DNA of 64,000 nt from Neoechinorhynchus agilis (lineage: Eukaryota; Animalia; Acanthocephala). Where the stretch lies: assembly GCA_051530055.1 (NCBI GenBank), contig CM121341.1, positions 13,494,784-13,558,783 of the forward strand, given 5' to 3'. Shown here one piece after another: positions 24,450 through 37,075 of the stretch (the stretch's first letter is position 1; the number at the start of each line of letters is the position of its first letter). The position numbers and the translations under genes are program-made. Under the pieces are notes generated by a model that did no database searches, was not told where the DNA came from, and saw only the letters and a program-made list of their open reading frames with translations.

Positions 24450-27400
24450 TAGTCAACTCAAGGGTTCTCTCTCGTCAACTCAAAGCTTCTCTCTCGACAA
24501 CTCAACGTTCTCTCTTTCGTCAACGTTCGGGCTCTCGACAACGTCCTCTCCCGTCAAACGTCAACGTTCAACGTTCTCTCTCGTCAATCGTCAAAGTTCA
24601 ACGTTCTCCCTCTTTCGTCCGTCGCCCAACCACCAAGCTCGTCCCCTGTGACATGGACGATTGTCAGGTTAAAACGCAAATATTCGTCTCAAATTCTTGG
24701 GCAGTAGGCAGGAAATTCATTTGCGGTTTCTGTACTGCCGCCTTGCTCAAACCGTGTTCTCCGGTTTCCCCTCCTTCCCAATACTAACCACTCCCAAACC
24801 CCTAATCCCCACCCCCTTCCATCTTCAGTTTCCCCACCCCAAACCTTCTCTTCTCCCGCGCTCCTTAACAATCTTCTCTCTTCCTTAATTCCGTTCCTAT
24901 CATCCCGCATACCCCTCTTCCCTCGTCCCTGCATTCTAAGTCTCACTCTGCTACACCATTAAAACCGAACCCCCCTTCCTCCTCGGCCTCATCTAAATCC
25001 CCCACCTCCTCTCTAGAGCCCCGTACTGCTAGAAAAAACCATAAACCCCTCCCATTCTTCTACGATTACGCTTCAACGTTAGCAACATCAAAACCTACCA
25101 CCTTCTCTCCTGTACCTCGATTTTCCAGTAAAAAGCACACACCCCTACTATCCTCCAACGACTACATTAAGCATCCCTCGCCTCGTAAATTAACTCCTCC
25201 TAAACCCCTCTCATCCTTGCCTCCACTCATCTCTCATCTGCCTAAAACCACTAATCCGCACCCTGCTAAACCTGGAAATTTTCGCTTCGCCCCTCAGAAA
25301 CGAAAAATACCTTGAATGCGCACACTACTTCACCTCTTACCACCACCTCTTCAACTCCCAATATCCTCTTTCCCCCTCGAGTTCATCCCGCATGCACAGT
25401 TCCCACCCCTATGGTCCCTACACTCAAATCACCCCTCACTACAGTGCCCACCCACGAATCCATTACCCCCGAACTACCTCATCGCTCAACTCCCATCCTT
25501 ATCTCTCTGCGCAGCTTAAACCCTCTCCGTCAGTGCCCACCCCTCATGTCCCCTCTAAACATCCCTTTCCAATAATCTTTTATTCTAACATCCGCAGCCT
25601 CCCCAAACTGGATGAGCTCCATATAGTTGCCTCTTCTTGCAACGCCGACATCCTTGTAATTACGGAAACATGGCTCTCACGCCATAGCAAATTATCTGCC
25701 TTCCTTCCAAACTTTCAAGCTTTTCACCTCACAAGGGACTTCCGGAACGGGGGAGGCATATCGATTTTCATCTGCGCCTCTCTCCCTTGCCATTGCTCTT
25801 CACCCTACCTTTCCATCTCCGACGATCTTGAATGGCTTCACATCCAACTTCATCTCCCCCTCCGCAATTACCAACGTGAGATCTCTATCTCTGGCCTTTA
25901 TCGCCCTCCTTCCTCAAACATCCAAACACACTTCAACAAATAGACCACCTATTTACTGACCTACTTTCCACTTCCTCAGATTACATCATATTGGGCGATT
26001 TCAACAAACTGCCGATCCCACCCTCGCTCTCTCATCTTTCCCAACTCGTTATTTTCCCCACACGCTTATCCTCCCGCCTTGATAGAATTTTCTCAAACGT
26101 CAGGCAATACTCGTGCACTTGTTCCATCCTTCTCTCCCCCTCATCACCTCAAAAACGTTCCTTTTCCGACCCCTACGTATTCTGGTAAAAGCGTGATCAT
26201 CATACCCACGCCTTTGCTGTATGTGTCAACTCCCTTATCACGCAAAACCGCTCTACCATCTTTGGCACCGACCCCTCGATTGCAATGGGCTCTTTGTTAA
26301 ATCTAATAGAATCTGCGATAAAGGCCTCCTTTCCTCGGAAAACAATACGAATCTCGAACCTCGACCCTCCATGGTTCTCGCCCTTTCTAAAAACCCTTCA
26401 AATGCAGGTCACCAAAGCTTTCCGGTCAAGCAATCCCGCTTATCCCTCCTTCCACTCCAAGCTGACCAAACGCATCCGTATAGCCCGCAAGGTATTCCTC
26501 TCATCTCGTCTCTCGTCCGTTCCCAATCTAAACTGGTGGCGTGAAATAAAAAATGTCACTGAAATCTTATCTCCCCCCCAATCCTCAACACCATGAATAA
26601 AAACCACTGTCCTCCCCAAACCTCCTCTCCATTGTCCCAACCTCCCTTCTCACTTTGGGACCCGTCCATTCATACATGCTCTTCCTTAGTTTCCCCTCTC
26701 GAAATCCTAGAGATCCTTAAACGCCTGCCCGCCATTCTTTCCCTAATTCGACTATCCCAAATTGGGCCATTCGTTTCATTATCATGGAACTTATGGATCC
26801 TCTAACGCGCATAACGAACATTACCTTTCTATTAGGCTCTTTCCCACCGTGTCTTAAGGAAGCCCGTGTCGTCCCCCTACCCAAAAACAATAAACGGATT
26901 TCCCCCACATCCTTTCGGCCCATCTCTATCCTCTCACCTTTCTTTAAAATCTTAGAAAAATGTTTTAAAACCCGACTGCTACCCTTCTTCCTCAAAAACA
27001 TCTCCCCTTTTCAATTCGCTTTCCGTCCTAATTACTCTTGTTCTGATGCCCTCCTCTGCATCTACCATACGCTTGCGCGCAGCTTAGATTCCAATCCAGC
27101 ACCAACCGTCCGTCTCGTGCAACTTGATATTTCCAGGGCGTTTGAGTCGGTAGATCACTCCCTTCTCCTCCAAGCATGTGCTTCCTTCGGCCTCCCAACC
27201 TGGCAACGCGCTTGGATTTCCTCTTTTCTCTCCAAACGCAAACAATATATCCAATGTGGAACTTCTTGCCCCTCTTCGCTGCCCATATTTAAAGGGGTCC
27301 CATAAGGCGCCGTACTTTCCCCTCTCCTTTTTGACATTTTTCTAAATGACATCCATCTCTCTATGCCGATGACCTCACAGTCATTACCATCGCATCTCCG

Positions 27401-28200
27401 TCCTCTCCAAAACCATGGACGAGCTCAACCATCTCATTTCATCGCTCTCCACCCTAAACCTCTCCCTAAATTTATCCAAATCTTTTGAGCTTGTCCCCCA
27501 CATTTCCAAACGCAATCCTATCCCCGCGCCTCTCCTTCTCCCCATCTAGCGCTCCTCTTCTCTCCGAATACTGAGCCTGATTTTACAAGAAAACCTTAAA
27601 TGGGATGCCCACATTTCATTTACACTCTCTAAAACAAACCCTCGTCTTTACCTCCTCAAACTCCTCCGGCGTCTCGGCGTATCTCCTAAACACCTTGCCC
27701 ACTTTTGTCTCTCTGCCATCATCCCTATCCTTATATACGCCTTCCCCACTTTCCTCGCCCGATCCGCCAATGCTCTCCATTCCCTCGAAACTTTCCACAA
27801 GCGAGCCGCGAGAATATGCGGGACTTCACTCCCTCCCCTCGACGCTCACCTCCATTCCATTTTCTCCAAAAACGCCCTTTGTCTTCTTCAACCCCCTCCA
27901 CAATTTTCTTCCCACATCTCTAAATGCTCTTCCCTCGTAAACACCTGGAACCCCAACCTTTTTCACCCCCACTCGCTCATACCACCCTCTACCAAAAATC
28001 TTTCTTCCCCAAGCCAAATCTTTCCTTAACAACCGGAGAACAAGGAAAGACTCCCAATCGGTCATTCTCCTGTAAAACTCCTTCAAAGACAAGTCCCACC
28101 TCCCTGCCTCAACATCCGACATCCAGACTACTTCAGCAAAGATAGATGCTGGCAAGTGTATGGATCGTTCTTCTTAATTAATAAAACGTGTTTATATATA
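24450..28200 (+). mobile_element. Near full-length decayed L2/CR1-like LINE (ORF1 remnant, APE endonuclease, RT)
   Basis: APE motifs YSNIRSL..K..EL, ITETWL, GGGISIF, LYRPP and LGDFN; RT motifs WKEA-like ARVVPLPK, FRPISIL, QFAFR, LDISRAFESVDH and GVP*G; 5' tandem ~20-bp repeats; several stops and frameshifts. Confidence 0.9.
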
Positions 28201-29047
28201 AGTAGCCAAAACTGCGCCATTACTTAGTGGATATGAGGAGACGAAATAAGATATCTACTGGGATTGCTGCGGTTAGACTAGAGCTTCCGGGCGATCAATA
28301 GGTTTTACATCGAAGGATGACAAAGACTGAGATCATTAATAAAAAAAATTGGATTATTTAAAAAATTCGAATGAAGAGAACACTCGATTGGTTGAAGAAG
28401 CGCTGTACAAGTTTCATCAAAAAAGTGTTCGCATATCGAAAAGAATTAAGTATTGGGCCATGTTTGCTCAAAGCTGCAACTTTTTTTGTTTCTTCTTTAA
28501 GAGTATCGATTTGCAATTTAAGTTGTTCTTGAAATATCATCTGCTGTCTTAGCATTTCATCCTCGCGTTTTAGATTTGGGTTTGACCGACTTATAAAACT
28601 TTGAAACTAATGTTTCAAATTAAGTAATCGCCTTCGTAATGCCTGGCTCATCAGGAGCAACGGATTTCTGTTCAGGTTTTACAAAGATGAAAAGTCGAAA
28701 TGCAACTTAAGAAATTGAAAATGTCCTTAAAAAGAGTCATAGGACCCTTGACGGATTTTGAGTAAACTGTCTAATCAGAGTGAATGAGCATTATCTTTAA
28801 AATAGATTCAAAGAGGCATTAGTCGGAAATCTACTACAAAAGCTCAAAGTATTCACGTTTCAACTCTTTAAAGTTGAAAATATCAACTCAATAAAATAAG
28901 TACGCATCATTCTCTTTTTAAAAAAATTGTAGCTCAACTTCAAGATCTTAAGAGGATTTATGTTAAAGTTCATGCATGGCAAACACGACAGCAAATCACT
29001 GATACTTTTTTTTAAGTTTTACTGGCAAGCCGCTATGTTATGATCAT

Positions 29048-29993
29048 TCAATTTTTTTTAGACAATCCCTTTCTTGTCCGGCTTATTTATTTAGGCATAA
29101 AGCCAAACCAATTACATCAGAGAAGTGATATTACCACATAGTCTCTAATGCACGGTTAAGAGTTTGTACATTCCTCCGGATCCTCAGATACCTCCGGTAT
29201 TTTGCCTTTTCTTAAAAATATTGAAGAACAGTTCGAACCAAAAGTCTTCGGCTCGAGCACCACGAATTTCTCACAAACATTCACATTTATCCGCGGAAAT
29301 TTTCAATTGGTCTCAAGCTTATTTAATTTATCGGAAACTACTTATTTAATTTAAGGATAAGATGATCAATTATTAAGCGAAACGTAAACTGATCGAGACC
29401 TAAATGACCCTCCGATATAACTCGCGCAATCCTAAAATACGTTAGACTTATATCCTTAATTAGACCACCTTTTCTCTTTTTCTGGTCAAAATCTTAACAC
29501 CAAGTGTTTCTGATTGGGTTCTGCTCTGAATCCAAACGAACCGTACAACTCCTGGAGATGGCCGAGACACTCGAGAGTTAGTTTGTAACATTTGCTCCTT
29601 TTCGCAAGACCGACTGCCATTTCGAGAAGACTGCGGGCTATTCCCTTTCGTCGATACTCGTAGTCAACAACAAGATCTTCAATGCGTCCCCGAAGAGCCA
29701 AGGAGCGGATAAATTTGTACTCAATAAAAAGTGTACACGTTCCCACTATTTTGTGATCCTTCTCAGGATCTTCGGCTACCATTAAAGAAACAAAATTCAC
29801 TACTCAGAGGTGTAAGCGAATATCGATTTCTGCGATACAAAATACGGAGGTATCTGAGGATCCGGAGGAATGTACAAACTCTTAACCGTGCATTAGAGAC
29901 TATGTGGTTATATCACTTCTCTGATGTAATTGGTTTGGCTTTATGCCTAAATAAATAAGCCGGACAAGAAAGGGATTGTCTAAAAAAAATTGA
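29048..29993. repeat. 149-bp inverted repeat pair (29048-29196 and 29845-29993) enclosing a GNA1 fragment
   Basis: Arms are reverse complements with one visible mismatch; the inner ~40 bp of each arm is the family A MITE end. Confidence 0.9.
29395..29846 (-). pseudogene. Duplicated 3' half of GNA1 (452 bp, matches 31947-32398)
   Basis: ORF 29486-29800 encodes the same 104 aa as 31993-32307; the N-terminal exon is absent. Confidence 0.85.
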
Positions 29994-31717
29994 CTGATAC
30001 TTTTGGTAAGCTCTAAGAATATTCATTGGTTTCGAGGGTAAGAAAAGCACTGGTATACATTTAAAAAAATAGGACCAACATAATATTTTGAAGGAGGTAA
30101 CGTGAATGTCTCAAGAATTCTGAAAATAATCCAATGTTTATTTCTGCCGGAAAAATTAAAGGAATTTATTAAGTTTGATATTTCAGCACTTTGGTAAAGG
30201 CACAAGATTGTCCCAAAATATCTTACTTAATAATTTAATTTAGTTTTTCCGCAAGAAGCAAACACGAACAATTTAATCCTCAAACAAATGAGCAAATGTG
30301 GATATTTTTAAAGCAACAACCTAAGAATCTTTAAAGTTTTCGGGTTGTGATAAGTCGATCTCAGTTTTATTAGATACCTTTACTAAGTTTTCTGCATTTT
30401 TTTTCTAATTCCTGAACCAACGTGTTTGTTCAATAAGTTGATCCTAAGAAACGCAACAGTATAGTTCAATTCTATGCTCACTTTTAGAAAATTTGAATTG
30501 TAGTGATGATAATTGCGGGTAAACAGCATTTTTTTTAGATACGAACTTTCACTGCGAAAAGCTTCACAACTTTCTTGATTACAGTGGAACGTTGATTATC
30601 GGAGGCCTCGATCAACGGAAATTTATTTTTGTCAAAGGTCAAAAGTGCGATTCTCTATCCCTACTAAAAAGAAATTCTTGATTCGTTAAACCTCTGCTTT
30701 AGTAACTTAGTATATTATTTGTTCTTTTATTATTTTTAGCTTGTCACGACCTCAAATTCGAAAAGGAAACTCAGTCTCTAACATAGAAACAAAAATTGAA
30801 ATATCGTCCTGAGAAAGGAGAAAGTGGAACGTCTCTAGCACAGTTTTATAACGTTGGAAATTCAGCGCTTTCTTACAATCGGAGACCTCGCGGGGAGAAG
30901 GCGAAGGTGTGTAATGCCTAGAAGAAAAAAGTATTCATTTCCATTTAAATCACTTTCCCATGCGTATCAAGAACTATTCGAAAAGGTCTCGTATCCGAAA
31001 GGTGAATGTCCGTTAATGTTTTTGACATACAAGAACGTATTTTGTTGTTTTCAATCTTCTCGCAGAACCAATCACAACGCAGCCCGCCGCCGGTCCAGGA
31101 CGTGTACCTTGCCATTATTTTGGACTTTGCACTTTTTAGCAAAGCAATGCAATTGATAATCAATTATCATTTAGAAGAATTTCAAGTATTTTCCTTGTAC
31201 TTACTCGAAATATTTTAAAGTGAAAGCGAACTTGTAAATCCTAAAGCGGCAAAAATCAATGGTAACATTCTCGTATAAAACGCAAAATTAAAGATCAGTG
31301 TTTCCGACCTCGTTACAGACTTAAAACAAGGATTTGATTCCTGAAAGACTACGAAACGGCACGGTTTCATAATGCAAAAGATCGCAATAACAAACTACGA
31401 AAACACGCACTAGCGCAATCAGAAGCCTCACACCCAGACGAAAATCCTTATCTAACTCGATAGTTTTGTGATAATGCTAATAATTGATCTCCATAGTTTT
31501 AGGATAACGAAATTTGAAGACGTCTTTATTAACCAAGACGAGATTGAACACTTTAAGCGTCAGGTTAAAAACAAATGGCGAATCGACGACGTTCTGTTTT
31601 CCGTAAATGGATTTAAAACAAACGTCAACGCCACTCTCCACCTTTGGACGCTTCAAAAGTTTTTTGGTTTCTTTTTACAACTTCCTTTCTTGTACATCCT
31701 CCAGATCCGCAAATCCA

Positions 31718-32307
31718 ATGACTATTAATCGTGGAAATTCTAGTGACCCAGGCTACCTATTCGATCCGTTGATTCTCTGTCCATTTAGCCAAGACAAACT
31801 GACGACTATACTGTACAGGCCATTGCGACTGACGGATTTTGAACATGGCTACATGAATCTTCTTAGTCAATTAACAATCTGTGAGCCCCAAATTACAAAA
31901 CTTCAATTCGAATCGCGATTCCGAGAAATGCAAAGATGCACAGATTCGTATTTTGTATCGCAGAAATCGATATTCGCTTACACCTCTGAGTAGTGAATTT
32001 TGTTTCTTTAATGGTAGCCGAAGATCCTGAGAAGGATCACAAAATAGTGGGAACGTGTACACTTTTTATTGAGTACAAATTTATCCGCTCCTTGGCTCTT
32101 CGGGGACGCATTGAAGATCTTGTTGTTGACTACGAGTATCGACGAAAGGGAATAGCCCGCAGTCTTCTCGAAATGGCAGTCGGTCTTGCGAAAAGGAGCA
32201 AATGTTACAAACTAACTCTCGAGTGTCTCGGCCATCTCCAGGAGTTGTACGGTTCGTTTGGATTCAGAGCAGAACCCAATCAGAAACACTTGGTGTTAAG
32301 ATTTTGA
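31718..32307 (+). CDS. GNPNAT1: Glucosamine-6-phosphate N-acetyltransferase, two segments separated by a ~53-nt non-canonical interruption
   Basis: LFDP, YRPLRLTDFEHGYMNLLSQLT, MQRCTDSYFV | MVAED, VGTCTLFIEYKFI, GRIEDLVV and CYKLTLEC. Confidence 0.9.
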
Positions 32308-32398
32308 CCAGAAAAAGAGAAAAGGTGGTCTAATTAAGGATATAAGTCTAACGTATTTTAGGATTGCGCGAGTTATTTCGGAGGGTCATTTAGGTCTC

Positions 32399-32585
32399 AC
32401 AACTCCAACGATAAAATACATTTTATCCGATTGATTGTGATCATTACAACTCTAACGATAAAATATGTTTTATACGGTGGATTATGATCATAAGAACTCT
32501 GACGATAAAATATGTTTTATCCGGAGGATAATGATAACCAAAACTCCAACGATAAAATATGTTTTATCCGGTTAATTATTTGATC
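32399..32585. repeat. Minisatellite, 47-bp unit x4, each unit with an internal palindrome GATAAAA-N4-TTTTATC
   Basis: aactc(c/t)aacgataaaatatgttttatccg repeated four times at 47-bp spacing. Confidence 0.85.
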
Positions 32586-32814
32586 GCACTGTTTTGATAT
32601 TTAACACTTCTAGAGGTGATTCCAATTGACAGAGCGTTGTAAGATAGGAACAATGCAGTTTCTTAGTTTTATTAAAATTTGAGCCAGGACGCGTCCAATC
32701 AACTGGGAAAATAATTTTTTATTATCTGACGCTGTCAGATTAGTTTCATTACGATGTTATCAAATATATCCTGATCTTTTGTTCACTTCAATGAATTTAT
32801 TAAATCAATTTTTA

Positions 32815-33860
32815 TAAGGTTATAGAGCAGATTCTGCTGTGTGAGATTCGTTCAGGCATGTACCTCCACCGCCTTACGTTTCCTAAAAGAAAAAAATATT
32901 TTACTTGGAAAATAGAACGGAGAAATCTCTTGTATAATAACACGTTTTATTTGTTACCTTTTAATTCCTAGATTTTTTTTAAGTCATAAGATCATTCACA
33001 CCACCGCTCTGGATCACTCAACTGCCTTAGTGGTGTAACGGTCGAAAGGACGGATGCAGCGTTCCCTCGTTGCACAGTCAGACTTTTGTTTTGTACTAGG
33101 GATGCACCTGATCTAGGATCGACAGTGATTCGTCTCAATGTCTTAGACAATTCCTTGATCAGGTCCTGCGCCGCAGTACCAAACGACCCGAACGTCTCGA
33201 CGCCAACTGGAACAAAATAATGATTTCAACTCAGGTCACTGTATTTTATCTTTTTGCGTTCCTCGGCGGCGGTTGCTGCTTCTCCTGGTTTAATGACGGC
33301 GAATTTTATGTTGCTGGCTGCGAATGGCGTCCCAGAGAAGACATTTTCCTTCTCGCCACGGGAATACTGCGACACCATCCGGTATACGGCTGCCATCAAG
33401 TCGGCAAAGATTGCTCGGATCTAAGATGTTGGGCGTATTCACAGTATTCAGGACACGGCTAGGAATTTCGTTCACTTTGGCATGTCGTAAGTATCTTTCG
33501 CCTGATTGCCGACAGACGGGACCATGGCGTCCCGATGGTTCCACGGTCGCACCGCAAAGGCAGCGACGGGATGTACACATCGATACCCCAAGTCTCAGAG
33601 ACACTGCAACTGCAATCCTTACTGCTTCGTAGGAGAGAAGGGTACCCACAGAAACGATTTTGATAGCGTTGAACCAAGCACACGATTCTCTTGTAGAGAC
33701 CGCCGCCAATCGAGTTCGGTTCACCAGGTCACGAGAATCTGAAATTAAAGAGTTGTGAATTTTCGCTACCAGGGGTGAGTCCCAAATTGATTGTTTGCAA
33801 CCATTGACGGGTACCTGCTCACTGCCTGAATCTCCACATCAAAGATTAAGCGCCAATTTT
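32815..33860 (-). mobile_element. Decayed CRE-like element, 3' portion
   Basis: Reverse complement of most of 6620-7419, plus RLAAVSTRESCAWFNA...RLG...CLCG..HG.VC. Confidence 0.85.
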
Positions 33861-34202
33861 AAAAAGCACCTTTCACGTCCAATCATATTCAGATCAAATT
33901 AACTTCGTGATTTAGATTTGGAAAGATCTACCGTTTTTCGTTAAAAATTCATGGGAACAACCAAATCTTAGATTACTCCCATGGACTTTAGTGTCACCTC
34001 GTCCCGCGTTGTCCCGAACATATGAATGCTGAATATAATGCCCCAAATGTGGTGCTTTCTGCGATTCTATCAATGGAACCTCAAATGGATAGGAACTGAT
34101 AAAGTTGATTCGATTTTTTAATATTACCCGAGGATGAGTTGCATTTTTCTTCGATTGTGCCAAAGTTTGGCAGTTCCTTGTGATGTAAATCTTTTCAAGA
34201 CT

Positions 34203-34380
34203 AGAATTATTATTTAGGTACCTGGTAAATGATTATTTATTAAAGATGTTTCAAGCCTCGTCGGGTTCATCATCAGTTGGCCCCGACGAGGTTCGAAACA
34301 TCTTTAATAAATAATCATTTACCAGGTGTAGACCTAAATAATAATTCCAATCAAATTTTCCGGTACCTCATATATCGGCA
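34203..34380. mobile_element. Palindromic family B element
   Basis: aattattatttaggt..ctggtaaatgattatttattaaagatgtttc / gaaacatctttaataaataatcatttaccag..acctaaataataatt. Confidence 0.8.
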
Positions 34381-34508
34381 TTTTCAAGACTAATTTATAC
34401 TGTTCTTAAGTGTAGTCTTTTTCACGCCTGATAATTTTTCCTTGGCCGCACGTCCCTCCTATCTGGGCCTGGGAAGAGCATAAAATCACTTAAAAACCCT
34501 GAACCATG

Positions 34509-34655
34509 CGCGGTTATGAGTTTGCACATCCCTCCGGATTCTCAGATACCTCCCGAGAAGGAGGAGGTGGTACTCATCAGTGAGTTTCCTCCTCCCTTCA
34601 ATGAGGTATTTGGTCCCCTTTGGTTGTGCATTATCCGCGGTAACGGATTCGAACC
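34509..34655. mobile_element. Half copy of family A MITE
   Basis: Matches the reverse complement of 4880-5023, including the ggtaacggattcgaacc B-box-like segment. Confidence 0.7.
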
Positions 34656-35539
34656 ACTTAAAAACTAATCTATACGTTGCATATTATCATTCAAATGGTA
34701 AACAATAAAGTTTGGCAATTTATATCTTAGAATAAAATAGGCGGTAAATTAACCAAGCGAATCAGCGGAGGATCTACTAAGGTTCGCGCAACACGGCGCC
34801 TACTTACCTAACTACCGAAAGTGAATTTCCTTCGCGGTGCTTCCAAACCGAAATCCTAGCCACGTCGCCGCATAATGACCAGAATCTTGAATGTTTTCGA
34901 CTCAGTGTTCCGTCAATCTTCATTCCCAGTTCACTTGGGAGATTTTGGTGTTCTGAGCGCAACAGAAAACGCGATCCCAGCCTCTGACTCGTCCGTGTCC
35001 CGAATCCCAATTCTTAATGCTCGAATAACAGCGACGTTGATATAAATGCTTACAAGCTTCTGGTAATTAATCTTATTTTTAGATTGAACTTAGCTTTTAC
35101 TCGCAAAGATAGTTCTGATGATTATATAGAGCGAAATTATATGAAATCTTCTACAACTACAACTTTAAACAATCGTTTTTCTGCGCATAAAGTATGATGT
35201 TTATCAGAAAATATAATTGGAAATTCGTAATGGCAAGATATAAAACTCCTTTGACTACATCTTTTCTCGGCGCCTCAAGATCCATTGGAGGAAACCGTTA
35301 TTTTGCGAATCATTTTCAAATTCCAAAAGGATACTACGTTTATTATTAAATCTTATTTTGCTATTCGTATTGGAACAAATGAAGTTAAAAAAATTAGTTT
35401 CCACTAAATGTCATTTGCTTCATGGATATTTTTGTCTAGACTGTTTTATCTCTTAATTACAGAATAATCCTTTTGAAGTCACGGCACAATTAAAGAGCTA
35501 TATTTCAGAAATTTATAGAGAACAGTGAACGATTTTAAC

Positions 35540-37075
35540 TAACAAATTATGTACACTTTGCCGCCTCCACCACCGACGGCACAGATGCCGTCCCCTCGCT
35601 TCGCTCGGAACCCGGATGCTAGACAACAATATGAAGACGGAAACTTGAACGCCCAAAACGAGCCTAGGGAAAAGACCGAGGGAACTTCCAACGCTATCGG
35701 AACACCAGGCCGAAATTCTGTTCATCAAATCACTGACGCAGACACCTTGAACGCGCCGCTTATCGATCACGTTCTCTGTTTGGGGTAAGTCTTTTAAATT
35801 AACCAATTCGGGGTTTTTGTTTACCCATGGTCCCCGGGATCTCCGCTTTAGCGGGTCTGGTTCTCCACCACAATCAACCGATCTGTTTATGCCTGGGACC
35901 TTTCAGATCACCATTGACTCTATTTCGATTCCTGATATCGTGCGGGTTCTGCCCAGGAACGTCCTGAAACGGATCCCAAAGGGTGCACGATATCAGGTCG
36001 CCAAAGCATTTACGGGATTGCTCAACGATTGCCTCCAAAAGAACTTTACGCCATCATGGACACGGCTCTTCGCATTCCCGCGTTTAGTCCTTTGCACCAG
36101 TGATGATTCTGGGGATTTTTGACATCAAAAATATAGGAAAGGGTGGCCTCCTTAGAACAGATATTAAACAATTTCGAAATGAAATTTCGCGAGGTTGGTA
36201 AGGGACGCACGAAGGAAGGGTTTCGTTGCCGTTTTTCAAAGTGATCCCTGACTGAACGTGTCTCTTCGAGGCTTGCAAACGGAGATGTTCGGGGGGCTGT
36301 TCGGTTATTGTCATCCTCCGACAGTTTTGCACAAGGAGACAACGTGACACTACAAATAATCCGGTCAAAACACCCATGCAGTATTGGCAGTTTTGAAATT
36401 AAACCTCCTCCCATACAACACAGGACACCCACTCCAATTTCAGAGTTAAAAAAGGCCACCTCATCTTTTGCAAATGGCTCGGGTCATGGGCATGACGGGC
36501 TAAGGCCTCAGCACCTAAAGGACATGATGTCCTTTACAACTGGTGAAGCAGCTCTCTAGAAAGTGCGCTTTCTCGGTTAGTCGACCGCCTGACTCGAGAG
36601 GACCTGAATCCCGTTACAAAAGACCTATTTTTCGGAGCATCATTATGTGCCCTCACAAAAAAAGAAGGTGGGATTCGTCGCGGACTTGCAGGAAAATTCT
36701 CTGTAAACGTATCACAGATAAAAGCGGGCAGCAATTTCGCCCAGTCCAACTGGGCTGCTGCACATCCTGCGGGGCGAAAGCTATTGTCCACGCGCTGTGA
36801 AAGTTTACTACGAGGAGTTCAGAGCCGTGCGTGATTCTTAAGTGTGATTTTCAGAATGCCTTTAACTCTCTCAATAGAGAAAGCATGTTCTGCGCAATTA
36901 GGGATCACGCACCAGAAGCCCTCCAGTATTTTCTCAATGCCTACGGGACCGCGATTCCTTTGCCTTTCGAAGACCACCTCATTTGGTCCGAAAGAGGAGT
37001 GCAGCAAGGAGATCCTCTCGGTCCAATCGCATTCTCCCTAACAGTAAATCCAATAGCGCACTCTCTCTATTCCAG
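35540..37075 (+). mobile_element. Decayed CRE-like element, 5' and RT portion, 3'-truncated
   Basis: GSGHGHDGLRPQHLK, ALTKKEGGIR, ILKCDFQNAFNSLNR and GVQQGDPLGP; multiple frameshifts. Confidence 0.85.

Noticed and set aside
30720-31460. Probable multi-exon gene with a possible 21-nt GA-AG intron near 30760-30786
   Set aside because: No family recognised and several exon paths are possible, so neither the gene model nor the junction can be supported.
34741-35000. TACTTACCT resembling the U1 snRNA 5' end, plus a short stretch resembling the 28S 5' end
   Set aside because: No U1-70K loop (GATCACGAAG) or convincing U1 fold. It reads more simply as a minus-strand AG|GTAAGT donor. The rRNA-like match is only about 10 nt.
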